Shown here: in pieces, positions 13,583-26,387 of the stretch | Position numbering within the stretch: position 1 is the stretch's first letter | Layout of the letters: each line of letters begins with the position of its first letter | NCBI RefSeq assembly: GCF_902713615.1 | Contig: NC_052160.1 | Location: 24,639,856 to 24,703,855, forward strand | Direction: 5' to 3' | Source: Scyliorhinus canicula | Taxonomy: Eukaryota | DNA length: 64,000 bases | The notes under the pieces: generated by a model | Told to the model about the DNA's origin: nothing | The model's input: the letters and a program-made list of their open reading frames with translations, nothing else | The model's database searches: none | Program-made: the position numbers and the translations under genes

Positions 13583-14618
13583 CTTCAGTGTACCACAGAA
13601 AGGAAAGTTATTGTTGTTGCACACAAAATATTATTCATTAGTATGAGTTGCCAGATCAGCAGAATAGCTGTGCTGTTGTTGCATCTAAAACTGGTCCCAG
13701 AGGAGGAAGAGCTCCCCATCACTGATATTTAGATGCCTAGTAGTAATCCAGATCTGGCCAAAGACTCTCAAATGACAATTATGTGAACCCATTTACAGAT
13801 TAGGAGGATGTGTGCGTGAATAAGCAGTTTAATGTTTTATTCAAAAGATGGCACCTCTCACAATACAGCACTTAATGTCAGCCTGGATTATGGGCTCCAG
13901 TCTCTGGAATGGTGATTTGAACCCACAACCTTCTGACTCAAGTGACCAAAACTACTACTCATTGAATCACAAATACACTTGCTAAGCCAGTTTAGACATC
14001 ATAAGTGGCAACCATATTGTTGGAACTATAATTGTCTTGTATAGGACAGAAAGGGTATGGATAGCATGTTCACTTCCCTGAAGTGCATGAGTGAACAAGT
14101 TGGGTTAATTTTTCTAGTGACAGGCATCAAATTCCCATGTTAATTGAAATCAATTTCACAACATTTAATTTTACAGTGTAGCCAATCTAAATAACGCACT
14201 GGAGCTACTCGTCAAGTCGTCTTTGGCAAGACCTCCTGAACTCATGGCTTCCACAACATAGAAGGATAAAGGGCAGTAGGCACATGAGAACATGAGCACT
14301 GTAAGATTTGGAAAAATATTGTCGTTCCTTCATCGACGATAGGTCAAATTTCTGGAACTCCCACCCAAACAGCACCGTATGTGAATCTACACCACATGGA
14401 GTGCAGCAGTTTAAGGCAACAGCTAACCACCACATTTTCAAAGGGAACAAAGGATCAGCAATAAAGGCCTACCGTACATTGGTGTCCACATTTCATAAAT
14501 GAATGAAAAGATCTTACTTTACAACTGTTCAAAATGTTAAAATCAGATACATTATGTAGCAGTAGAGCAATATTTAACCCTTCGAGTCTGTTCCGCTATT
14601 CAATGAAATCATGGCTGA

Positions 14619-16121
14619 GGACTTTCGGTTGCGGCTATGCAGAGCTAAGTCGTACGTTTGGCAGCTCCCGCTAGGAACGGACTTTTGGGCTCTTTTCAGG
14701 GCCCACAACGGCATTTTTACGACATTTCCCAGTGTGGGAAGGAGACTGCAACATTCCCCCGACATTGTATGGCTTGGATCAGGAGCGGGGGGACTAAAAA
14801 AGTGGTGGTGAAGCCAAAGAAAGTGCGAGGGAAGAAAAGCAAGATGGCCAGGCAGCGTGGATGCAGTGGGCGGAGGAGCAACAGGAGGGCCTCCAGCGCT
14901 GCTTTAGGGAGCTTAAAGCGGACCTGCTGGAGCTGATGAAGGCTTCTATTGACAAGCTGTTGGAGACCCAGGCGGCCCAGGGGATGGCGATCCGTGAGGT
15001 CCGGTAAAAGATCTCAGATAACGAGGATGAGATCTTGGGCCCAGCGGTAAAGGTGGAGGCGCGCACGAGGCACTCCACAAGAAATGGCAGGAACGGTTCG
15101 AGGAGATGGAGAATCGATCGAGGAGGAAGAATTTGCAGATCCTGGGCTTCCCGGAGGGACTGGAGGGGTCGGACGTGGGGGCCTATGTGGTCACCATGTT
15201 AAACTCTCTGATGGGAGCGGGGTCCTTCCAAGGCCCCTGAAGCTGGAAGGGGCCCATAGAGTGCTGGCGAGGAGGCCCAAGGTTAACGAGCCGCCGCGGG
15301 CGGTGCTGGTGCGGTTTCATTGATTCGTCAACCGGGAGTGTGTGCTCAGATGGGCCAAGAAAGAGAGGAGCAGCAGGTGGGAGAACGCGGAGGTTCGCAT
15401 TTATCAGGACTGGAGCGCGGAGGTGGCGAAGAAGCTGTGCTGCACAGGAAGGGGGTGAAGTTTGGCATGCTGCAGCCGGCGCGTCTGTGGGTCACCTACA
15501 AGGACCGGCACCATTACTTTGAGTCCCCGGAGGAGGCGTGGGCCTTTGTTCAGGCCGAGAAGCTGGACACAAACTGAGAGTTGGGTCGAGGGGTCGTGGG
15601 TGGGGATGATTGGGATTGCCGTGGTTGTGTTACATTTTGAGGGGGGGGTTCTCTGTTCTTGTTTATTTTTGATTCGGGGTGGGCGGTTAAGGAGGGTTGG
15701 GCACTGATTTGGTTGGGTCTGTCGGGTGGGCTCTTGGAGGGGGGCAAGTAAGCAGAATGGGGGGTGGATGGCCGGAAGGGGGGATGGGGCCCCGCGGGGG
15801 TGAGTGAGGCCCGAGCCGGGGGTGAGGGGACTAGGCCTGTAAAAGGAGCTGCGCCAGAGGAGGCGGGGTCGGCCAGGTGGAAAGCGCAGGCTTTTTCCCG
15901 CGCTGAAGGCTGAAGTGGGTGGGGCCGGGGCCGGGAAGCACGGGCTTTTTCCCGCGCTCGGGATGGATGGGGGAGGAGGAGAGCCTGCTGGTGGGTAATG
16001 GAGGGTGGGGGGGTCCCACAATGGGAGGAGTCGAAGGAGAGGCGGGAGTGGCCGCGGTCAGGAGTCAGCTGACTTACGGGAGTGCAATGGGGGGGAGCAA
16101 CGCAGCTAGGAGGGGTCCTAG

Positions 16122-16157
<36 letters not shown>

Positions 16158-19100
16158 CTGCTGCTGGTATGGTCAAGGGGGAGCTGGAGTGAGTAGAGGG
16201 GGTCGGGACGGGGGTGGGCGCATGGCTGGCCGAGGAGGGGTTATGGCTAGTCGGTGGGGGAGGGGGGCGGGCAGCCCCCTGATCCGGCTGATAACCTGGA
16301 ACGCAAGTGGACTGAATGGGCCGATTAAATGGGCCCGGGTGTTCGCGCACCTGAAGGCGGATGTGGTAATGCTCCAGGAGACACACCTGAAGGTGGCGGA
16401 CCAGGTAAGATTGAGGAAGGGGTGGGTAGGCCAGGTGTTCCATTCAGGGCTGGATGCCAAAAGTCGGGGGGTGGCGATCTTGGTGGGAAAGAGGGTGTCG
16501 TTCGAGGCGTCGAGCATTGTGACAGACAATGGCGGTAGGTACGTAATGGTGAGTGGTAAGCTGCTGGTCAACGTGTACGCCCCGAACTGGGACGATGCGG
16601 GCTTTATGCGGCGTATGTTGGGTCGGATCCCGGACTTGGAAGTGGAGGGCCTAATAATGGGGGGGATTTTAACACGGTGTTGGATCCGGCACTGGATCGC
16701 TCCAGGTCTAGGACGGGTAGGAGACCGGCGGCAGCTAAAGTGCTGAGGGGATTCATGGACCAGATGGGAGGGGTGGACCCTTGGAGATTTGCAAGGCCGG
16801 GGCTAGGGAATTTTCATTCTTCTCGCACGTTCATAAGGCCTATTCCCGGATCAACTTTTTTGTCATGAGTAGGACGCTGATTGCGAGAGTAGAGGATACA
16901 GAGTACTCAGCGATAGCCATTTCGGATCACGCCCCGCATTGGGTAGACTTAGAGCTGGGGGAGGAGAGGGACCAGCGCCTGTTGTGGCGCTTGGAGGTGG
17001 GGCTGTTGGCGGATGAGGAGGTGAGCGAGCGGGTCCAAGGAAGCATAGAATGATACCTGGAGGCCAACGATAACGGGGAGGTTCGAGTGGGGACGGTCTG
17101 GGAGGCGGTGGTTAGGGGAGAGCTGATCTCCATTAGGGCCCACAAGGAGAAGAGAGAACAGAGGGAGAGGGAGAGGCTGGTGGGGGAGATGGTGAGGGTA
17201 GACAGGAGATACGCGGAGGTGCTGGAGGAGGGATTGTTGAGGGAGAGGCGCAGCCTCCAGGACTAGTTCGACCTGTTGACCACCAGGAAGGTGGAGGCGC
17301 AGTGGAGGAAGGCCCAGGGGGCGATTTATGAATACGGGGAAAAGGCAAGCCGGATGCTGGTGCATCAGCTTTGGAAGCGGGACACAGCTAGGGAGGTCGG
17401 GGGAGTTAAGGATAGGGGACGGAATGTGGTGCAGAGTGGGGTTGGCATCAATGGGTCTTCAGAGACTTTTATGAGGAACTGTATCGGTCCGAGCCCCCGG
17501 TGGAGGAGGGAGGGATGGGCCGCTTTCTGGACCAACTGAGGTTCCGAGGGTGGAGGAGGGACTGGTGGTGGGATTAGGGGCCCCTATTGCGCTGGAGAAG
17601 CTGGTCAAAGGGATAGGGAGCATGCAGGCGGGGAAGGCGCCAGGGCCGGACGGTTTCCCAGTCGAGTTTTACAAAGAATATGTGGACCTGTTGGGCCCGT
17701 TGCTGGTTAGGACCTTCAATGAGGCAAGGGAGGGTGGGGTTTGCCCCCGACGATGTCCCGGGCACTGATCTCCTTGATCTTGAAGCGGGACAAAGATCCC
17801 CTGCAGTGTGGGTCATACAGGCCAATCTCGCTGTTAAATGTAGATGCCAAGGTGCGGGCGAAAGTCTTAGTCATGAGAATTGAGGATTGTGCGCTGCAGG
17901 TCATCCATGAGGACCAGACGGGGTTCGTGAAGGGGAGGCAGTTGAACGCGAATGTGCAGAGGCTCCTGAACGTTATTATGATGCCGGCGAGGGAGGGGGA
18001 GGCTGAAATAGTGGCGGCGATGGACGCTGAGAAGGCCTTCGATAGGGTAGAGTGGGGTACTTGTGGGAGGTGCTGAAGAGGTTCGGGTTTGGGGAGGGGT
18101 TCGTCAGGTGGGTTAGGCTGTTGTACGAGACCCCGATGGCGAGTGTGGCCACAAACAAGAGGAGGTCTGAGTACTTCCGGCTGCATCGAGGGACGAGGCA
18201 GGGGTGTCCCTTGTCCCCCCTGCTCTTTGCATTGGCGATTGAACCCCTGGCTATGGCACTGACGGAGTCGAGGAAATGGAGTGGGCTGGTGCGGGGTGGG
18301 GAGGAACATAAGGTGTAGCACTATGCAGACGACTTGCTGCTATAAGTGGCGGTTCCGGTGGAGGGGATGCCGGAGGTAATGAGGATCCTCAGGGAGTTTG
18401 GGGATTTCTCACGGTACAAGCTCAACATGGGGAAGAGCGAGCTGTTCGTGGTTCACCCAGGGACCAGGAGAGGGGGATTGGCGAGCTCCCACTAAAAAGG
18501 GTGGAGAGGAGCTTCAGATACTTGGGGGTCCAGATGGCCAGGAGCTGGAGGACCCTGCATAGACTTAATTTCACGAGGTTGGTGGAGCAGATGGAGGAGG
18601 AGTTTAAGAGGTGGGATGCGTTGCCGCTGTCCCTGGCGGGTAGGGTGCAGTCAGTCAAGATGACGTGCTCCCAAGGTTTTTGTTCCTGTTCCAGTGCCTC
18701 CCCATTCTTATCCCAAAGGCCTTCTTTGGGCGGGTCAACAGGAGCATTATGGGGTTTGTGTGGGCGCGAGGGACCCAGAGAGTGAGAAGGGTGTTCCTGG
18801 AGCGGAGCAGGGATTGGGGCCGGGGGGGGGCTGGCGCTGCCCAACCTCTGTGGGTACTACTGGGCCGCTAATGCGGCGATGGTGCGCAAGTGGGTGATGG
18901 AGGGGGCGGCATGGAAGAGGCTGGAGATGGCGTCTTGTGGGAGTACAAGTCTGGAGGCGCTGGCAACGGCGCCGCTGCCTCCAACGAGGTATACCACGAG
19001 CCCGGTGTGGCGGCTACCCTCAAAATTTGGGGGCAATGGAGGCGGCACGGGGTTGGGGGCCTCGGTTTGGAACCACTGGTTTGTCCCGGGGTGAATGGAT

Positions 19101-19826
19101 GGAGGGTTTGCGGGGTGGCACAGGACAGGGATAAGAAGGCTGGGGGACCTGTTTGTAGATGAGAAGTTCGCGAGCCTGGGCGAGCTGGAGGAGAAGTACG
19201 GGCTCCCCCCAGGAAACACCTTTAGGTATCTACAGGTAAGGGCGTTTGCAGGTGGCAAGTGTTGGAATTCCCACTGCTGCCGCCATGCACGGTACAGGAC
19301 AGGGTGCTCTCGGGGATATGGGTTGGAGAGGGGAAGATTTCGGCAACATACCAGGTGATGCAGGAGGAGGAGGAGGCCTCAGTGGAGGAGCTGAAAGGTA
19401 AGCGGGAGGAGAAGTTGGGGGAGGGGATCGAGGAGGGGACATGGGCAGAGGCCCTCAGGAGGGTGAACTCTTCCTCTTCGTGCGTGAGGCTCAGCCTCCT
19501 ACAGTTTAAGGTGCTGCGTAGGGCACACATGACTGGGACCAGGATGAGTCGGTTTTTTGGGGGTGAGGATAGGCGTGTTAGGTGCTCAGGGAGCCCAGCA
19601 AATCATACCCATATGTTCTGGGCATGCCCAGCGCTGGGGGATCTGAGGGGGTGTACATATTTGCTATGTTTGCTGTGTGTTTTGACGGGTGTTAATTTAT
19701 TATGTATGTGCAGCTGGGAGGGGGGGGGTACTGGGGTGTTTTGTTTTGTATTTAATTCTATGGGGTTCTTTTTCAATTCTGTTGTTGATATTTTGTGAAA
19801 ACTTTAATATAAATTTTTTTTTTTTT
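14619..19826 (+). mobile_element. near full-length L1-clade LINE, copy 2 (same family, opposite orientation; deletion at the ORF2 3' end)
   Basis: Same ORF1/ORF2 motifs; 17-bp TSD aatgaaatcatggctga at 14602-14618 and 19827-19843. Confidence 0.95.
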
Positions 19827-19879
19827 AATGAAATCATGGCTGATTTAACTCCATATGTTAACTATTGATCATCACTCAC

Positions 19880-19977
19880 CTGTAGAGCTTTACAGGAATT
19901 TCAGTGGGATGAATTCCATAATCTTCACAAATAGTCTCACTAGGGCTCAGTTGAACAAAAGAGACAAGATTCTGTAA
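19880..19977 (-). CDS. PMS2: PMS2 exon 7
   Basis: LQNLVSFVQLSPSETICEDYGIHPTEIPVKLY; ccag|...|gtgagt; 98 nt. Confidence 0.93.
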
Positions 19978-20123
19978 CTGGAAATCACAAAATTAATATA
20001 CTACATAGAATATCATGCTGCTCTGAAAGCACAATGGAATTACCCATTTTTCTGGATTTTCTCCGCAGCCCTGAAAATTGTTTTCTCTTCAATTATTAAT
20101 TCAATGTGCTTTTGAAAGTTGTT

Positions 20124-20947
20124 ACTAAATATGCCTTCACTACCCTTTTAAGTAGAGCATCCCTCGTTTCTCTATTTCAATACGAGTTATACTGCAATGT
20201 TTAACATGTACATACAATCACATGGGCAGCAACATTAAACTTTCGCGGTAACGGTTGTGTTTTTGCAAGCTCCGCTCTGCTCATCATTTAATTCTAGTGC
20301 ACATTTCATATTTGCATTTTCTTGATGTACATGGTCGCGAGAGGTGTTTGGCCGGTGTTTTCTACCTGAAAAGAGTAAAGATAAAATGCTTAATCCTGGT
20401 TTGTTTGTGGTGGCTGGAGTGGGTTGAGATGGGTACAGCTTTCAGTGGTGCAGTTGCTAATGAGGCGGCTCCCGGGTCCACAGCCTCAGACTGAAGGGAC
20501 GATCCTTTAAAACGGAGATGAGGAGGAATTCCTTCAGCCAGAAGGTGGTGAATTTGTGGAACTCTTTGCTGCAGAGGTCTGTGGAGGCCAAATCACTGAG
20601 TGTCTTCAAGACAGAGATAGATAGGTTATTGATTAATAAGGGGATCAGGGATTATGGGAGAACACAGGAGAATGGGGATGAGAACCATATCAGCCATGAT
20701 GGAATGGTGGAGTAGACACGATGGGCCAAATGGCATAATTCTCTCCTATGTCATATGGTTTCCCACCTTGGCACTAGGATTAAATGATGAGCAGAGCGGA
20801 GCTTGCAAAAACACAACCGTTACCGCGAAAGTTTAATGTTGCTGCCCATGTGATTGTATGTACATGTTAAACATTGCAGTACAACTCGTATTGAAATAGA
20901 GAAACGAGGGATGCTCTACTTAAAAGGGTAGTGAAGGTATATTTAGT
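20124..20947. repeat. 177-bp inverted repeat (arms 20124-20300 and 20771-20947) with a 470-bp spacer
   Basis: Arms are reverse complements with ~3 mismatches; spacer holds a CR1 3' fragment (~20475-20758). Confidence 0.92.
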
Positions 20948-22601
20948 GCTGTGTGCATCAACGGATGATGGCTGCTGGCGAAGATGTTGCTCTGGCTGAA
21001 AATCTTGGCTCTGCGGTACAGGGTTCAATTCTAAGAGTTGTGGGGTGCTTTTGTGGAAGCAATGGAGGCGCACAAGGAGGTTCTTGCAGTGGTGAGAGCC
21101 CTGGTGAGGGGCCGTGTCCATAGGGTCGGTTTCCTGCTTATTGTCCATCATGACGGATTCGGGAGTAAGAAGAGGTGCGGGAAGAATGCACCACTAGGCC
21201 CGGTCCTCAATGCGAGGTGGTGGAAAGCTCCCCAAGCAAGTTCGAGATTTGGCAACCATGTGTTGCCGATCTTGATTTGGATGAGGGGTTTATCGTATCA
21301 GATTTGATGGAGCACAATAAGGCTCAGGGCCAGTTTGGCCTGCCGACCACTGGTCATGTTTTGTTTTGTCCTGTTCCCGATGCTAGTCCTGAGGGTTTGA
21401 AGATGGTCGAGTTATCGCCCCCCCGCCCCCGAAAGAACCCCCTAAGAGGTAGGTTGGGACAGGTTTAAGATAATTGGCAAAAGAAGCAAGGGCGACGTGA
21501 GAAGAAGAAATCTTTTCACACAGCGAGTGGTTCGGATCCAGAATGTATTTCCTGAGTGTGATGAAGACAGAGTCAATTGAGGTTTACAAAAGGGATTTGG
21601 ATCCTTATCTGAAAAAAGAAACATTTGCAAGCCTATAGGGAAAAGGCAGAGGATCGGCACTAGGTGAACTGCCCCTTCAGAGAACCAGCACTGACGCAAT
21701 ATGGCCTTGTTCTGTGCTATATCCATTCTATGATGAATGGCCAGTTACTCTGTTCCTTAGGGCTCTGGTTGAGAAACAGATGTTGGTCAGTACACTAGGA
21801 GAACTCCCTACTCTCTGAATAATGCCTTGGGATCCTTAAATTTCCACCTGAGCAGACACACATGACCTTGGCTTAAATGCCTCATATGTAGCTAGCACCA
21901 AGTGTCAGCCTAGATAGTGCTCACGTTGGTCAGTCTTTTAATAAGTAAGTTGTAAATTAATGCTATCCAGCAGGCAATTTGTTCAGTGTGTGCGAAGTGT
22001 ACAATATATTCGGTGGGTATGAAAGCGCTTGGTGTTCAATTAATTTTTGTACTGCTTGTGGCTGCAGAACATGGCATTTCCCAGTTTCAGCACCAAGCTC
22101 TCCCAGCAAAGCTTCCCCAACATCCACATCCCTTTGTTGCACCTTTGTGGTATCTCTATTTTTTACACCATTGACACATAGATACAGCATGCATATGGCA
22201 AGGTAATACTACCTGCCCTGCCACATAGAAAATCCTTTCCTCCCAATCGTCCATCACATTATACAAATACATCAACCACAGAGAAGCTGACAACTTGGCC
22301 TGCTTTACACTGGAGCTAAAATTAGACTGCCTGCATATGGCAACAATGAGTGTGTGAAAGAAGCTAGAAGAGTGACAATCTCAGCTTGCAAACATGCTGA
22401 ATATTTGCTGACTATGTTAACTCAGCTGTAATGAGAGGTCTGATAGGCCTAGGACAAGGAATCCTCCCAGCTTGCAGCTGATAATCAAGTAGCTGTTACA
22501 GTGGAATCTGCAATACCCCAAGTTCTCCCTCATGGAGGAGGCAGCATCAACATTATTGAAGTGGATACACAAGGTTCGAGCAGCTAAAGTTCTTTTGTAC
22601 T

Positions 22602-22948
22602 GGGCAGCACGGTAGCATTGTGGATAGCACAATCGCTTCACAGCTCCAGGGTCCCAGGTTCGATTCCGGCTTGGGTCACTGTCTGTGCGGAGTCTGCACA
22701 TCCTCCCCGTGTGTGCGTGGGTTTCCTCCGGGTGCTCCGGTTTCCTCCCACAGTCCAAAGATGTGCAGGTTAGGTGGATTGGACATGATAAATTGCCCTT
22801 AAGTGTCCAAAATTGCCCTTAGTGTTGGGTGGGGTTACTGGGTTATGGGGATAGGGTGGAGGTGTTAACCTTGGGTAGGGTGCTCTTTGCAGGAGCCAGT
22901 GCAGACTTGATGGGCCGAATGGCCTCCTTCTGCACTGTAAATTCTATG
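22602..22948 (+). mobile_element. HE1-like tRNA SINE with CR1-type tail
   Basis: gggcagcacggtagc head, B box, tail gggccgaatggcctccttctgcactgtaaattctatg. Confidence 0.9.
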
Positions 22949-22961
22949 AAAAATATTTTAC

Positions 22962-23129
22962 CTGCTTTGATCCGAATACTGTGCCGATGTTTTCCTTCAA
23001 TGTGGTGGAACCATTAGTGCAAAACACAGGATTCCTCTTTCCTTGTCCAAGCTGATTTGTGCAATTTATCCGTGTACCTGTAGAAATTATGCAATATGCC
23101 TGCAGCACCTGTGCCATTTTACTGTATTC
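22962..23129 (-). CDS. PMS2: PMS2 exon 6
   Basis: [56 protein letters not shown]; 168 nt. Confidence 0.96.
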
Positions 23130-23783
23130 CTGTTTTAAACAAAATTAAAAGCAAGAGTGCAGCCTGAACATTAAACATTTTTTTTTCAAATGCAGGATGA
23201 ATATTGCAATCAGGCTTGTTGGGAGAACTATGGGCCCAAATTTATATTATGAAAATGCACTGAAGATGAAGTTAGATAAACACACAAGGGGAAAAAGGAT
23301 TAGAAGATTATTCTGAGATGAAGTTAAATGGGTGGAGGCTTGTGTGCAGCATAAACACCAGCTGAATGGTTTGTTTTGGTCTCATACATTCTATGTTAAA
23401 AACTGAAAGTGCTTGAAACTGAAATAAAAGTAAAAAGTGCAGGGAGATGCACAGTAAGTTTTCAGTATTTGTAAAAGAAAAGATGGGTTCTAGCAAAGAG
23501 TACACACCAAAATATTATTCCTTTTTAGGTGCTATATGTTTCCAGCTTTTATTGTTTTTGTGCCAATGTAGAAAACATTGTGCCAATGTAGAAATTCCAG
23601 CTACTACTGTTACTGGCAGTGAGTCAATGCAGAGCAGCATAGATAATAGAACTCCAGTTCCTGAGCCATCTCACCATCCTTATTGTATTCGAGACAGGTA
23701 CCTACATTATTAGACCCAGAGAGCGATTGATTGAATTAAACGTACATGGTTTTTATGAAAAACTTAAAAAGACACAAACTCAC

Positions 23784-23967
23784 CTTTTTAATATTGCGCT
23801 GAAACTCTTTGTGCCTGACTGGTAATGTACAAAACAACTGCTGAACACTAACTGTCATCCCTTGCTGTCGAGGATGTGGCACCTTTTCACGGATTCGCCC
23901 GTTATGGTCAAAAACCAGGCGGGTTCCAACCTTGGCGGTTTTGTGACATGTCACAACACTAAGGTTG
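23784..23967 (-). CDS. PMS2: PMS2 exon 5
   Basis: [23 protein letters not shown]...[18 protein letters not shown]; 184 nt. Confidence 0.96.
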
Positions 23968-24741
23968 CTGGTAAGAATGAAAGGACAACATTAAGAGCAC
24001 ATTCCCAGCACCTCCTGGTCCCATCCCTGCAGATTAAAATTAAAACAATGCAAGAGCAGTAGATTCAAATATGTATTTGTCAACAGCAGACTAGTTTACA
24101 CACTGCTATTGTCTTATCACCGCATCATGCATTCTGAAAATACCCATTCTGCTCACTACCCAAACAAGATGTTTGTTAGCCTCCCATTAAAAAATAAAAA
24201 AGACTTGCAATTCTATAGTCTTTCGCATTTTAAACAAAATACTTTACAGCTAATGAAGTGATTTTGAAATGCTGTTATTGTTGTAACGTAGGAAATAAAT
24301 TGAAGTCAGAGCCCTTGTCCTCATCTATAAATAGCCCCATGGACTTTCCCCTGTCCAAATCAACAACCCTCTACATTTCTTCTTGACTGTCCCACTTTTA
24401 ACATTCTCTTTCAAATATTGTACGCGTATGATTCTGGCCTTCTGTGCTCTGAGGCAAAGCTTTCAGCTGCACTGGATCAGCTCTTTAAACTCTGCATCAC
24501 CCTGTCCTTCTTTAAAATCCAGTTCATAACGCATTTCTTTGACACAGCTCACTCCTATTAACCCATCACTTCCTGTCTTGGTAACAATTATTCTTACCCT
24601 AGTTACAAAGACTGTTGGTACAATTCTTCTGTTAAAAGCAGTATGTACACACAGCTATTTACAAATAATCTTCGAAAGTGCAATGCCTACTGCACACTTG
24701 TGTCCAGTGCACGAGTGTGTTCCTCCCCATTATAATGGCGT

Positions 24742-25070
24742 GGCAGCACGGTAGCATTGTGGATAGCACAATTACTTCACAGCTCCAGAGTCCCAGGTTC
24801 GATTCCCGGCTTGGGTCACTGTCTGTGTGGAGTTTGTACATTCTCCCCATGTGTGCGTGGGTTTCCTCCGGGTGCTCCGGTTTTCTCCCACAGTCCAAAG
24901 ATGTGCAGGTTAGGTGGATTGGCCATGCTAAATTTCCCTTAGTGTCCAAAATTTCCCTTAGTGTTTGGTGGGGTTACTGGGTTATGGGGATAGGGTGGGG
25001 GTGTGGACTTCCAAGAGCCGGTGCAGACTCGAGGGGCCGAATGGCCTCCTTCTGCACTGTAAATTCTATG
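24742..25070 (+). mobile_element. HE1-like tRNA SINE with CR1-type tail
   Basis: Same family as the 22602 copy. Confidence 0.9.
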
Positions 25071-25330
25071 ATCCTGATTATATGGATTGGAGGAGCTCAT
25101 AAAACTCCTCCTCCAAACAGGACTAACCTGTCCAATGGTTGGTATAAAGATGGTTGGAAGCAAAGAAGAAGTATTTACTTCAGAGCCTATCAATGTTAAT
25201 CATTCAGCCTTCAACTACTTCACACAATTCTCCAAGGAAAGAATGTGAAAATACAAAAACAGTACTGCCAACTGCAGATTACATGTACATTGCAAATTAA
25301 CTGTTGATATTGAAGGTGTTGTCATAATAC

Positions 25331-25433
25331 CTCAGCGCACATAAGGAACTCAAAGCTTCCCCTCTAAATCCAAACGTCTCCACATGTAAGAGGTCGGAGA
25401 AATCTTGCAACTTGGAAGTGTAATGCTTCAGAG
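25331..25433 (-). CDS. PMS2: PMS2 exon 4
   Basis: [35 protein letters not shown], including the MutL signature GFRGEAL; 103 nt. Confidence 0.97.
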
Positions 25434-26048
25434 CTTTCAAATGAATAAACATAAATTTGTGACATGCAAAAACACTTATTTGTTAACACAAATGTGACTA
25501 AAGTAACTTCTAATTCAGGTTCACAATTAAATTCTGAACAAATTTCACACTTTACCAACAAATCTGTAGCAACTATTAAAGCTCTCAATTTTACATAAAT
25601 CATCCCAGCCTTGGACTTATATTTAAGATTTTAAGCAAGTAGGTTGTTGTTAGCTTTTTCATTCAGGGTCAGTATGAAGTTCTCTCAGTTCATGAACAAT
25701 ATTAGACACAAACTAAAGCTTCACAAACCAAAGAAAAGCACACCAGTCGACTTTTAAACCTAATATTCAAATTATTCAGTGTCAAACTTTGGGCAATTTG
25801 CTTACTTAGACCAGCCTTCAGATTGCCCATACTCTCATTATTGAGGTTCCTTCCAGCCAGCAGTTGCAAGACTTTCAAAACAAGTCTAGGCTGACTTCAA
25901 ACCCAAGTCAAAGTGTGGAAAGGTCAGTTTGATATCCTACAGTAACAAACATGTGCTTTATTATTTAGTACAGGATTGCATCACTAATTCCTACACGTGT
26001 ATGCCTGCAGAATTCACTACGTTTTTTAAGACGTTACCACAAATGAAA

Positions 26049-26387
26049 GGGCAGCACGGTAGCATGGTGGTTAGCATAAATGCTTCACAGCTCCAGGGTC
26101 CCAGGTTCGATTACCGGCTGGGTCACTGTCTGTGCGGAGTCTGCACATCCTCCCCGTGTGTGCGTGGGTTTCCTCCGGGTGCTCCGGTTTCCTCCCACAG
26201 TCCAAAGATGTGCGGGTTAGGTGGATTGGCCATGTTAAATTGCCCGTAGTGTCCTAAAAAAAAGTAAGGTTAAGGGGGGGTTGTTGGGGTTACGGGTATA
26301 GGGTGGATACGTGGGTTTGAGTAGGGTGATCATTGCTCGGCACAACATCGTGGGCCGAAGGGCCTGTTCTGTGCTGTACTGTTCTAA
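26049..26387 (+). mobile_element. tRNA SINE, second tail type (gaagggcctgttctgtgctgtactgttcta)
   Basis: Near-identical to the 58396-58730 copy. Confidence 0.9.

Noticed and set aside
20124-20947. MITE or DNA transposon with 177-bp TIRs
   Set aside because: No TSD or transposase seen, and the arm seems to overlap an older repeat; kept as an inverted duplication
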